A stretch of DNA of 64,000 nucleotides from an uncultured bacterium (GTDB lineage: Bacteria; Verrucomicrobiota; Verrucomicrobiia; Limisphaerales; UBA8199). How positions within the stretch are numbered: the stretch's first letter is position 1; every line of letters starts with the position of its first letter. A model generated the notes under the pieces. It had not been told where the DNA came from. It saw only the letters and a program-made list of their open reading frames with translations, and made no database searches. This document shows positions 1 through 9,765 of the stretch, one piece after another. Location: assembly GCA_963749495.1 (NCBI GenBank), contig CAVVMW010000004.1:512001-576000 (forward strand), given 5' to 3'. Made by a program: the position numbers and the translations under genes.

Positions 1-1
1 C

Positions 2-577
2 GGTTTCCTTTGGAGCGAGGATCGCGGGTCCGGGACGAGCCTGCTCCTGCGTTCCTCCGACCGCGGGAAGACTTGGAAGATCGTTTGGTTCTTCATCACC
101 TACACCGATGTCGGGCTGTTCCACACTTTCGACCACGGCAAGAGCTGGTTCCACTCGGTCACCGGCGTGCCGCCCCGCTGGGTCAACACCTGCTACTGGC
201 TGGCTTTCGACCCGGCGCGCAAGGGCCGCGCCTGGGCGGTCTGGGCCAATGCGCACGACTTGCCGCGCGACAAGATGTTCGGGAGTGACGGGCATTTTAG
301 GATACGAGTCAACGCCGCCGCCGTGAGCCCGACGAACCCCAACGTCATCTTTATCAGCACCTTTCAGAACGCCGCGTTCCGCAGCGACAATCGAGGCGAG
401 ACGTGGAAGCGCCTCGAAGGCTATCGGTTCAAGTGGGGCCAGCGCCCGAATCTCAACCCGCGCGAACCAGGGGCGATCTACCTGAGCACCTTCGGCGGGA
501 GTGTGTTCTACGGCCCGGCTGAGGGCGTGCCCGGCGCCGTCGAAGACATCGTGAACATGCCATCCGCCTGGTGGTGA
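2..577 (+). CDS. C-terminal part of a BNR/Asp-box beta-propeller protein (sialidase/GH74-like); 5' end outside window
   Basis: Frame open from base 2; Asp-box motifs SSDRGKTW, TFDHGKSW, RSDNRGETW; ends IYLSTFGGSVF-like propeller blade. Confidence 0.7.
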   Translation, partial: GFLWSEDRGSGTSLLLRSSDRGKTWKIVWFFITYTDVGLFHTFDHGKSWFHSVTGVPPRWVNTCYWLAFDPARKGRAWAVWANAHDLPRDKMFGSDGHFRIRVNAAAVSPTNPNVIFISTFQNAAFRSDNRGETWKRLEGYRFKWGQRPNLNPREPGAIYLSTFGGSVFYGPAEGVPGAVEDIVNMPSAWW

Positions 578-591
578 GGAGGCCAATCGGT

Positions 592-2082
592 ATGAAAGCG
601 CAAACAATGAAGCCCAGAACCAGACTGCTGCGAAGCACGACCCGCATGAGGGTCGGGACCGTGACGTTGGGACTGCTCGGCGCCTGGCTGTTGGCCCCGG
701 GCCAAGCGAACGGTCAGGCCGATGCGTCCGACCTGCATCCGCCGGCCAGCATCGAAGCGGGTGGATTGAGGATCCCCAAGCCCAGGCCGCTGCAAATTGA
801 CGGAGCGGGTGAAGGGATTGTGAAGGCGACCTTGACGGGGCCGGAGTTCCGAGCGCCACAGCTCTTCCAGGGATTCGAAGACTACTATCATCCCCGGCTC
901 AACCGGCTCCGCGAAGACTATTCTTTGGACGAAGTGGTCGAGGGGGAACCCAGTGAGTTCCGCCGGATCTTGAAATTGAGGCACTGGGTTCACACCCGCT
1001 GGCCAATTGACAACAACCAGAACTTCTCCGGCGACGCCTTCGCTATCCTCGAGAAGGCCAAGACGGGCGCCGGTTTCCACTGCGCCCACTCGATGATCGT
1101 ACAGGAGGCGGTGCTCTCGGCGATGGGCTACGTCGCCCGCTACGTCCTGGTGGACCGCAACCATGAGGACCTCGGGCGCAGCGCCCATCACGGGGTCAAC
1201 GAAGTGTGGTCCAATGACTACGCCAAGTGGGTCCTGCTCGACGCCAAGTACGACATCCACTTCGAGCGGGACGGCACGCCGCTCTCCGCCCTGGAATTGC
1301 ACGAAGCGGTCCGGGCCGACGGCGGGCGCGGCATCGTGATGGTTCGGGGCGTGGAGCGAAGCGAAGTCCCGCTGGGTGAATCGCAGGCTCATGAGGCCTC
1401 GGTCCGCATCTACTGGTGGGTGTGCTACCCGCAGCGCCAGAACCCCTTCACCCAGCCGGATTTTGCCGCGCGTGAGCGGTTGGTGATCCTCGACAACGAA
1501 GCGTTTCGGAAGACCACCTGGCATCGGGATCACGGTGCGGGCCTGACGCCGCACTGGGCCTATGCCGCCGGGGCCTTCGTTCCCACCGCCGACCGCACGC
1601 AAATTGAATGGACTCCGGGCGTGGCCGATTTGCGCGCTCGGCGAGCAGGTGTCGGGGAACTCGAAGTGGAAATCCGCAGCGCCACGCCGAATCTGGAGGC
1701 CTATGTCGTGAGCCGGAACGGAGGCCAGCCCCAAACCGTCACCGGCGGCCGTTTCCAGTGGAAACTGCAGGCCGGCGAAAACACGCTCCAGGTGCGCAGC
1801 CGCAACCTCTTTGGCGTGCTCGGCCCGAGCCTCATGGCGGCGGTGGTGTACGAGCCTGCCGGCCACGCGCAAGGAGCCGGTCAAAAGGCCCAGGAAAGCA
1901 AAACGGCGCCAGCCCCGAGCACGAACACTAATCAACGTGACATGCGCGGGCGCCTTTTTCGCGAGCGCAACCCCGCGGCGTTCGGGCTGCTCACCGACCC
2001 GACGCCGCCCGTGCTGGCCAAGGCGCCCATCAACCTTACGAGCCAGGACGCTGGTATTGCTTCGAATACATGGCGAAAATGA
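592..2082 (+). CDS. Secreted transglutaminase-like domain protein
   Basis: GAGGAGG RBS at 576-582 before ATG 592; signal-peptide-like N-terminus; Cys-His-Asp pattern GFHCAHS...HHGVNEVW...WVLLDAKYD; C-terminal tail probably joined to a deleted second domain. Confidence 0.7.
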   Translation: MKAQTMKPRTRLLRSTTRMRVGTVTLGLLGAWLLAPGQANGQADASDLHPPASIEAGGLRIPKPRPLQIDGAGEGIVKATLTGPEFRAPQLFQGFEDYYHPRLNRLREDYSLDEVVEGEPSEFRRILKLRHWVHTRWPIDNNQNFSGDAFAILEKAKTGAGFHCAHSMIVQEAVLSAMGYVARYVLVDRNHEDLGRSAHHGVNEVWSNDYAKWVLLDAKYDIHFERDGTPLSALELHEAVRADGGRGIVMVRGVERSEVPLGESQAHEASVRIYWWVCYPQRQNPFTQPDFAARERLVILDNEAFRKTTWHRDHGAGLTPHWAYAAGAFVPTADRTQIEWTPGVADLRARRAGVGELEVEIRSATPNLEAYVVSRNGGQPQTVTGGRFQWKLQAGENTLQVRSRNLFGVLGPSLMAAVVYEPAGHAQGAGQKAQESKTAPAPSTNTNQRDMRGRLFRERNPAAFGLLTDPTPPVLAKAPINLTSQDAGIASNTWRK

Positions 2083-2333
2083 ACAGCGCCCCGGATAAGC
2101 ACGACGGCGAGGTGCGCTTGTGGGTGGACGGCCAACTCGTAACCGAAATGACCGGCCTGGTGCTGCGCAACGCGGGCCACCGCGACATCCAGTGGGACCA
2201 CTGGATGCTCGGCCCACGCTATGGCCCGCGCTTTAAGGGCAAAGACTCGCCGCAGGGGCCGCCCCGGGAGCAACGGAGCTGGATCGACGGCCTCGTGGTG
2301 GCCACGCGATACATCGGGCCAGCCGTGAAGTAA
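2031..2333 (+). pseudogene. C-terminal fragment of a ConA/polysaccharide-lyase-like jelly-roll domain
   Basis: Frame reads QPYEPGRWYCFEYMAKMN...DGEVRLWVDG...WIDGLVVATRYIGP, out of frame with the upstream ORF tail. Confidence 0.5.
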
Positions 2334-2351
2334 ATAGACCCAAACTAAAGG

Positions 2352-2738
2352 TTACTCATGCCCCACGACAGCGTGCGGCACGTAGGGTTCCTCAAGTTGC
2401 ATGATTTCCTCGGGCGCCAGCTTGAGCTTCAAGGCGGCGACGGCGTCGTCCAAATGGTGGGGCTTGGAAGCACCCACGATGGGCGCGGTGATCCAGGGTT
2501 TGTGGAGCATCCAGGCCAGGGCGATTTGGGCGGGGGGCGCTCCCCGCGCCGCGGCAACCGTTCGAACCCGTTCGACCACTTTCTCGTCGGCAGCCACGGT
2601 TGCGCCGTAGAGGCGCTGCGCGTATTCATCGGTTTGCGCCCGAACCGTCGCCGCCTGGCGGTTGCCGGCCAGCACGCCCCGCGCCAGCGGACTCCAAGGG
2701 ACCAGGCCGATGCCCTCGGCGCGGCAGAGCGGGATCAT
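2352..2738 (-). pseudogene. Aldo/keto reductase, C-terminal third only
   Basis: MIPLC..EGIGLVPWSPLARG, AQIALAW, PIVGASKPHHLDD motifs; catalytic N-terminal part absent. Confidence 0.8.
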
Positions 2739-2745
2739 TTCAAAG

Positions 2746-3286
2746 TCAGATGCTCTGCATCGCCGCCTTCATCCAACCGCAAGCGTAAGCCATGCCGGGC
2801 ATGCCACGGGGCGGCGCAGGTCATCTGCGGCGCGTGGTCCGGGATGAGCACACCGTCGAAACCGTTCCGCTTCAGAATCCTCAGGACCCGCGGCAGGTTG
2901 ATGTCGCCTTCATCGATGAACGTTTCCTGGTAGCGCGGGACCTTTCCGCGGACGTTGCGAAAGTGGACGTAAGCGATCTTGCCCTGCCGGCTGTAACTCT
3001 CGACGGCAGCGTAGAGGTCGTCTTCAGTCATCTCGGTCAGCGTGCCCAGGCAAAACTCGAGGGCATTGCGCGGGCTGGGCCGCCGGTCGAGCAACCGCTG
3101 GTAGAGCCGCGGCTGATAGACCAGGCGCGGTTGGCCGCGGAGGCTCGCCAGCGGCGGGTTGTCGGGATGGGCGGCCAGAGTGACCCCGGCCTCCTCGGCC
3201 ACGGGCACCAGCACATCCAGAAACTCGCCATGCCGCCGCCACAACTCCTCCGGCGCCACGGGCACGGTGGTCTGGTTCGGGCCCAG
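2746..3286 (-). pseudogene. uxuA: Mannonate dehydratase, C-terminal half, with +1 frameshift near 2797
   Basis: VPVAEEAGVTLAAHPDNPP, LEFCLGT, VHFRNV, ETFIDEGD, PDHAP; removing one base at 2797-2799 restores the end HAGMAYACGWMKAAMQSI*. Confidence 0.8.
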
Positions 3287-3352
3287 CTACGGTGCTGCCC
3301 GGCGCGTCGTGGGGCGGGCGCACAGAACCATGAAAGGGCCTCTCCGGAAACA

Positions 3353-3449
3353 GCAGAATCATTTTTGGCAAAATCATCGCAGAGATTCTCCCAGACGTGA
3401 TTTTGGCTTGTACCCGCCTCCGGATGATTTTGCCGCCCATGATTTTGCC
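3353..3449. repeat. Periodic inverted repeat (GCAGAATCAT/GGCAAAATCAT ... ATGATTTTGCC x2)
   Basis: GGCAAAATCAT 3367-3377 is the reverse complement of ATGATTTTGCC at 3424-3434 and 3439-3449. Confidence 0.75.
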
Positions 3450-3456
3450 TTCATCC

Positions 3457-3566
3457 CGCGAAGCGTTTTGGACTGCGGCAGTCCTCTGCCGCTTTTTGGA
3501 CCCCAGGGACACGAAAGCGCCAGAGGACTGGCGCAGTCCAAAACCTTCGGGCTTGGCCCCGGTCTT
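3457..3566. repeat. REP-like palindromic doublet, copy 1 (GTTTTGGACTGCG...CGCAGTCCAAAAC)
   Basis: Two hairpins in inverted orientation; near-identical copy at 15134-15244. Confidence 0.85.
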
Positions 3567-3934
3567 CCGGCTTTCGGTTCCAAGGCATGGTGATTTGCCG
3601 GGGCCGCGAGCCGTCCGAGCCACCCGGGCAGATGCCCTGGCCCTTGGTCAAACCACGGGAACATCCACCATTCGGGATAGTGTCAACACCAATGCGCCGG
3701 GGTTGTGAACCGGCCTGCTCCCGCATTACCGCCCGCCATTCCTGACGAGCATCACTCTGCGATTTGGCTGGCCTACTTCTTTTCAGCTCGCCCAAATCCT
3801 CGGCGAATCCGGGACTGCTGTCCAGAACGCTCTCACAAACGTTTTACACATTGCTTACGAAATCCTGATAACTCTTGTTTCAGACCAAATATGATGATAA
3901 GACGAAAAAGGGTCCATAGACTGCGAACCAAATC

Positions 3935-6900
3935 ATGAGGCACCTTATCACACTGTGGATGTTGGCCTGTGTCGGAGCCCTGGCTGCATCCGCGCCGGAC
4001 AACTACTCCGCCTTCAATGAAGCCCGCAAGCTGCAGCAGGAGGGCCGTGACAACGAGGCCTTTCTCAAGTTCCTGGCCATCCCTGGGGGCGAGTCTGCGG
4101 CCGCAGCGCTGGCTCGAGGCGCTGGCAAGGATTACCTGGCGCTGCTTCGCGGCAGTCCTGGCGCGCTCGAATCGCCGCGCGCCATGCTGGTCGAAGCGGA
4201 CTTGTTGCTGGCCACTGGCCGGAAGGACGAGGCCATGAAGCGCTACCGCGCCCTGGCCGCCTTGGCCCCAAAGAACAACTGGGGCGCCGGCCAGGCCGCC
4301 TATTATCCCGTCGAGCCACCGCAGAGCTACGGCGATGACCCCAATTTCCAACACTTCGCGCGCGGCCAGTTGAGCCAGCCCTTCAGTTACGGCCCGGGGA
4401 GCCACCGCGACAACTGGCTGCTGCGCCTGCTTCTGGCCCTCGATCTCACGGACGAGGCGGCCAAGGAATTCGCCCGCATCTGGGAAGTCCACCGTGCCAA
4501 CACCCAGCCCTACGTCACGGTCACGCCTGCCTACGATGCCAAGGGCCAGGTCACCGGCGAGGAAAAGCACCTGGTTCATCCGTCGGGCTTCGACAGTTAC
4601 GGCCTCCAGTTCGCGCTGGATTACGCCTTCTTTCTGAAGCGTAGCGGCCAAACCAACCAGGCACTTGCCCTCCTGCTGGAGCCGCTTCGGGTCATGGACA
4701 TAGACCGGAACCCGAACATCGCGCATCGCGAGCCTTTGCCTGCTTCGATGAGCGCACTGCCGGTGAAAAGCACGCCTGCGGTTTCTCGTGGGTTTGGTTT
4801 CGGCCCCGGCACGGCGGGGGTGTCGCGCAAGGAGTATCTCCGGCTCGTTTATGGCGAGTTCAAAGGCTTTGGCCAGGAGGGCGCCCTGATTGGGGAATTG
4901 CAGAAGCAACTGGACGCCGGGGATAATCGCGCCCGCCGCCTGCTGGCCCAGGTTCGCCTTCACCAGGGCCAGACCGGGGCCGCCCTTCAGATGGAGCTGG
5001 ACTACATCGCTCGCGGAGACTTCGACGCCTTGACGAGCGCCTATCGTCGGGGACTGATGTATGAAGAGTATAAGCAGGCCGCCGAAGCGGTGGTGGAGTT
5101 CGAAAAAGTGCTGGCCTTGAAGCCTGCGCCGATGCGCCTGCCGGACGCCGATGAGCAAATCTCGGAGGCGCCCCATTTGCAGGCGCAGGCCGCCTTTGTT
5201 CCATCGCGGATGCAGGGCCTCGAGGCCATGCCGACGGACACGCTGCAGGTCCAGGACCGGTTGGTGCGGCTCTATTCGGCGCTGGGCCGCACGGACAAGG
5301 CAACGGAAATCCAGTTGGCCCAGTTCGAAAGCGATGAGCAGCGCCTTCAAAGCCTGGAGGCGATCGAGCAGATGGCCCAGCGTTTCAAAGGCGCCGACCA
5401 GGAAGCGCGGTTCAACGATTGGGCGAAAGGGAAAATCGCCTCCGCCAAAACGCCGTTGGCGCGCGCAAATCTGGCCTGGGAGCAACGGGATTACGCCGCG
5501 GCCCTGACAAATGCGGCTGCGGCCAGTTCCGGCGAGTACTATGGCTGGGAGGCCTGGAGGGAGAGATTCGCCCGGCTGGGCCGGGACCAGGAACGCGCAT
5601 TCGTGCAGGCCATCGTCGAAGCGAACCCCCGCGATGCCGTGGCGCGCCTCACCCTTCTGGACCTGCAAGACCGCCTCGAAGGCGCCGAAGCCATCGCGGC
5701 CCTCGAAGCGCTGCTGGCCACCGACGCCCGCGAGGCATTCCCCCGCGGCAAAGGCGCCTGGAACCGCACCCATTTCCAGAACTACCTGGATCTCGCCTAT
5801 CGCTTGATGCGGCTTTACGAAAAAAATGGCCAGTTGGAAAAACTGCGCGCCCTGGGCTTGCGCCTCGCCAAAGGCGAGAGGCCTTTCGATCAGTCCGACC
5901 AGGACCATTACTGGCGGTCCGGCGAGAACGGCCTCGAAGAACTCGGCAACGCTTGCCTGGCGCTCGCGGTTCTGCACGCCGAGGACAAGTCTTATCAGGA
6001 AGAGTTGCTCGCCGCGCTCAAGGCCTCAAGGTGGGTCGGCGCCCGCGCACAGATCGAGCGCAGAGCCGGAGCGCGGACTCCCAACCCACCTGGCGGCGGA
6101 CCTGGAACAAATGCGACAGGCGTGGGTCCATCGCCGGCTTGGGCCAACGTCCCGGAAACCGTCCAGATCTTCACCTCCTTCCGCGAGCCCGTCGCTTGTC
6201 TGGCCCGTGACGACCAATTCGTTTATGCCGGCATGTCGTGGGGCCTGGCGGTCTATGATTTCAAAGGCGGGCCTGTGGCGCGGCTGGCCTTGGGCTCCCC
6301 GGTCCAAGCCATGGTCGTAACCCAGCAACAGGTCTGGCTCGGCACCCCCGCCGGCCTGTTCCGAGTCGAGACCGGCGAGGCGTCCCGGACGAAGGGGACG
6401 CCAGTTCCGCCATGGTCCGTCGCACGTCACCCCGTCGGCAACGTTACGGCCCTGGCGTTGGACGGCGAGAGCCTTTGGATCGGCTTTCCCGGCGAGATCA
6501 AGACGCTGGACCGGCGCAGGCTGGAACTACGTTCCCTTTCCCTTGGGGGCCTGAATCTGAGCGTGCCGCAGGTGGGCGTCTTCATCCAGATCCTCCCGGA
6601 CGGCGAATATGTCTGGACCGACGGCGGCTGCGGCTTGCTTCGCTACGGCCGGGCGGCTGGCACCTGGAGCGCGCCGCCGAATCCAGGCCTGCCCCAATAC
6701 CCGCCGCGCCTGATCGGTTTCATCGAGGGGCAACCCTGGGTGGACGTGTATCTGGACAACGAATTGCGACACCGCCCGGCGCGGGTGGATCGGAAGACAC
6801 TCAAATTGACCCCGTTCATGCTGGGCGGCAACCTCTCCCGCGATGATCGCCTCATCAACGAGCGCTTCGCCTATCTGGGCACGGACAACGGGCGCCCGGT

Positions 6901-9296
6901 CTTTCGGGCCGCCGGGCGGTGGTTTGCGGCGGATGAAGCGTCCGCCCAAATGCGATACCTGCCCGAGGACTATATGTTCGGGAAAAAGCGCATCACGGAT
7001 CCGCTCCCTGACGGCTTGCCGCTGCCGGGCTGGGACATGGCCCGAGCCGCAACGGCTTGGCCCGACGGCCTGCGCGCGGGCTACCGCGCGTCGGCATGGG
7101 TTGATGGATGGCCGGTCAGCGCGGTCTGGGCGGTCGTGTTTGACGACGCGCGCCAGCAGGAATGGCTCTGCACCGAAGCCGGGCTGGCAGTGCTCAAACA
7201 AGGCCGGCGTGGCCTCGAACATTTCGGTTTCACCGAAGGCGTTAACTACGGTCCGATGCTCGACGGGCTCGAGCTTGGCGGCAAAGTCTATTTCGCAACG
7301 GGTTGGGAGGATTCGTGCGGCGGCCTGACGGTCTATGATCCGCAAACATCTGTGTTCAGCACCTACTTCCGTTCCGACGGCATGGACTCAGACAAAGTGG
7401 TTGGGCTTGCGGCCAAGGATGGCCAACTGGAAGTGCGGTTCGGCCTCGAGTACCTCCGGTTCGCCCCTGGTGGATTCGGCGACCCTCGTTACCGATCCTG
7501 CCCGCCCTGCCGCTTCGACCCCGCCACCGGCCGCTTCACCTCCACCGGCCAGCCGGCGTTCCTGAACGTCGCCGGAGGCCGCTGCCCGGGAGCGTAGTGA
7601 GAGAGAGGACCTGGGCCCCATGCCCTTCCTCGGCGGCAGGGTGACAAGACGCTATGAGCACGACGGCAGGACATGGCTCTGTGGCGAACTCGGTTTGGTA
7701 GTTTTGCCCAAGCGGGAATCTGCCGGCCCGGTCTTTGCCTCGCTGGCCGTCAAGACCATCTCGAGCCTCGACCAGTCGCTTCGCGAGGAGGCGGCGCGTA
7801 TCACTATCCCGAATCCGGTTCCGCTCGAGACGCTGCGGACCCTGGTGGCCAGCAGAAACCGCTACGTGCGGGCCAATGCCCTGGCCGCGGCGATGAATCC
7901 GGTTGCAAGCGGCCAGGATGGATACGCCTCGGTCATCGCCACCTGCGTCGAGGATCCGTACCTCAATGCTCGCGCCACGGCAGTCTGGCTGCTCACCCAG
8001 ATGCCCGGCGGCGGAGATGCCAGTCTGGCCCCTTTGCGCAAGGCCCTCGACGATGCTGACCACTACATTCGGACCGTGGCAGCAATTGCGCTCGCAAAAC
8101 GAGGCCAGCGGCCGCCCTTGGCGTCCTTTGAGGAGGTGCTGACAGGCCGGAACCGGTTCGGCAACTACCCGTGTGGGGCCGATTCCACCATAGGCATGCA
8201 GGCCGACAAACTCCACGCTTACCAAGCCCTTGCTCCGGGCGCGGACCGCGAGACCTTCGCGTTTCTATTAAGGCATCCCCTCGAGCCATCCACCTCCCAT
8301 CCCTACAGGCAGGTGCTCGCCTCACTCGGCGCGGCCTTGCGGAAACATCTGGACGCGGCTGAACTACTTCTCCACGCTTACGATGCGCAGAACGCCTGGG
8401 ACGGCCAGGTGCAGTTTGCCCAAGCCGTGTTCAAATCCGCCGGCAAGGCCCTGTTGCCCGTCCTTCACCGGGCACTGGCCAGCAAAGACCGGGTGGTCCG
8501 CTCGAACGCCGCGCGCGCTTGCGGCGTTGTCGCCGACCCCTCCTCGATCACGCCGCTGCTGAACGCACTGGACATGGAAAGCGGCTTGGCCCGCGCCTCC
8601 ATCGTCTGGGCCCTCGGTGAACTCAAGGCCGGGGCTGCCATCCCCAAACTCACCGAACTCTACACCGACGCCCGCAACGCCGAACACAATCGCCGCGCCG
8701 GAGCCGGCTTTCTTGCCCAGCAAGCAATGGCAGCCGACCGTGCCGAATACACGGCTTTGCGCAACCTCGATGCCATCGCCTCCGATTGGGACCAATTGAA
8801 GGTGGTCGTGATCGCCCGCCCCACCAGCCCGCGCCGGGACGAAGAGTTGCTTTCCGCCGGTCTCGTCCTCGAGGCCGTGCGCAAGATCGGTCCCCCCGCC
8901 CGGGAATTCTATCGCGCCCTGGCCGGCGCGAAGGAGGCCTCGGACCGCGCTGAAGCCGCGGTGCATCTTGCCGAAGCCACCGGAGCCGACCAGGACAAGA
9001 ACCGGGCCATCTTGCACAATTTGCGCGGCGACACAGACTCCGGCGTGCAGGTTCGGGCTTTGGTCAGCCTCCTGATTTTGGGCGAGCATGAGGTGGAGGC
9101 GAGCCTGCGAGACCGATTGACCTCTGGGAGCGAATCTGAGCAGGGCGAAGTCCTGCACCAACTCGAGCGTCTCTCAGGCCAGCAACTCCAATTCGCGCGC
9201 AAGGAGATCGAGGCCATTGCCGGCAACGACCGCCTGCCGGAATTGCTGCGTGGCCGGGCGACTCCGCTTGTCTCCAAGCTACAGACGGGCAACTGA
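3935..9296 (+). CDS. Giant secreted TPR-like / beta-propeller / HEAT-repeat protein (~1786 aa), split by a +1 frameshift near 7573
   Basis: ORFs 3935-7597 and 7620-9296 join if one base is removed in GCCGGAG (reads NVAEAAARERSEREDLGPMPFLGG); signal peptide; HEAT motifs LRKALDDADHYIRTVAAIAL and RASIVWALGEL. Confidence 0.7.
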
Positions 9297-9682
9297 GCCG
9301 GACAGAGTCCTGCTGCTGACCGCACACCTTCCCCTGCAGGTCCAGGACCGCAAAGGGGCCTCAAACAGGCCTGGCGGCGCATCCAAGGCGCCACGGCAAC
9401 CGAAGCAGCGCCGAGCGGAGATCCCTGCGGCTTAACCGTCAGTTCCCGCCGTTTGGCCCCTCGGACACCGCGCAAACCATGCCACCAGCGCATAGATCAC
9501 CGCCCCAGTCTCAGGTACTCGTGTTGAGAATGGCGGTTCACGGCTTCACCACAGCGTTCACCCTGAAAACGGCAGTCGGAGAAGCTGGCCAGACTCCATG
9601 CATGGGCCTGATTCTGTTGGGGTGTCCCACCTCAAACAGCTCCCATCAGGGCTCACCCTCGGGGTGAGCGCGCGGGTGCGCC

Positions 9683-9765
9683 AGGGCCGAAGGCCCGCAA
9701 TGTGAGAGCCTGGGCTGGAGCGCGTCCGACGAGCGGAGGCCCAGGTCAACCGCCGTTGCGAACCT
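9683..9765 (-). repeat. 3' part of a REP element split by the group II intron (remaining part 11933-11951)
   Basis: Reverse complement of 9683-9714 matches 12089-12120 at 31 of 32 positions. Confidence 0.85.

Noticed and set aside
508..2217. Long antisense ORFs (also 3833-5977, 26742-28325, 30195-32102, 35549-37162, 47428-49431)
   Set aside because: Shadow frames of well-supported genes, expected at high GC; no motifs
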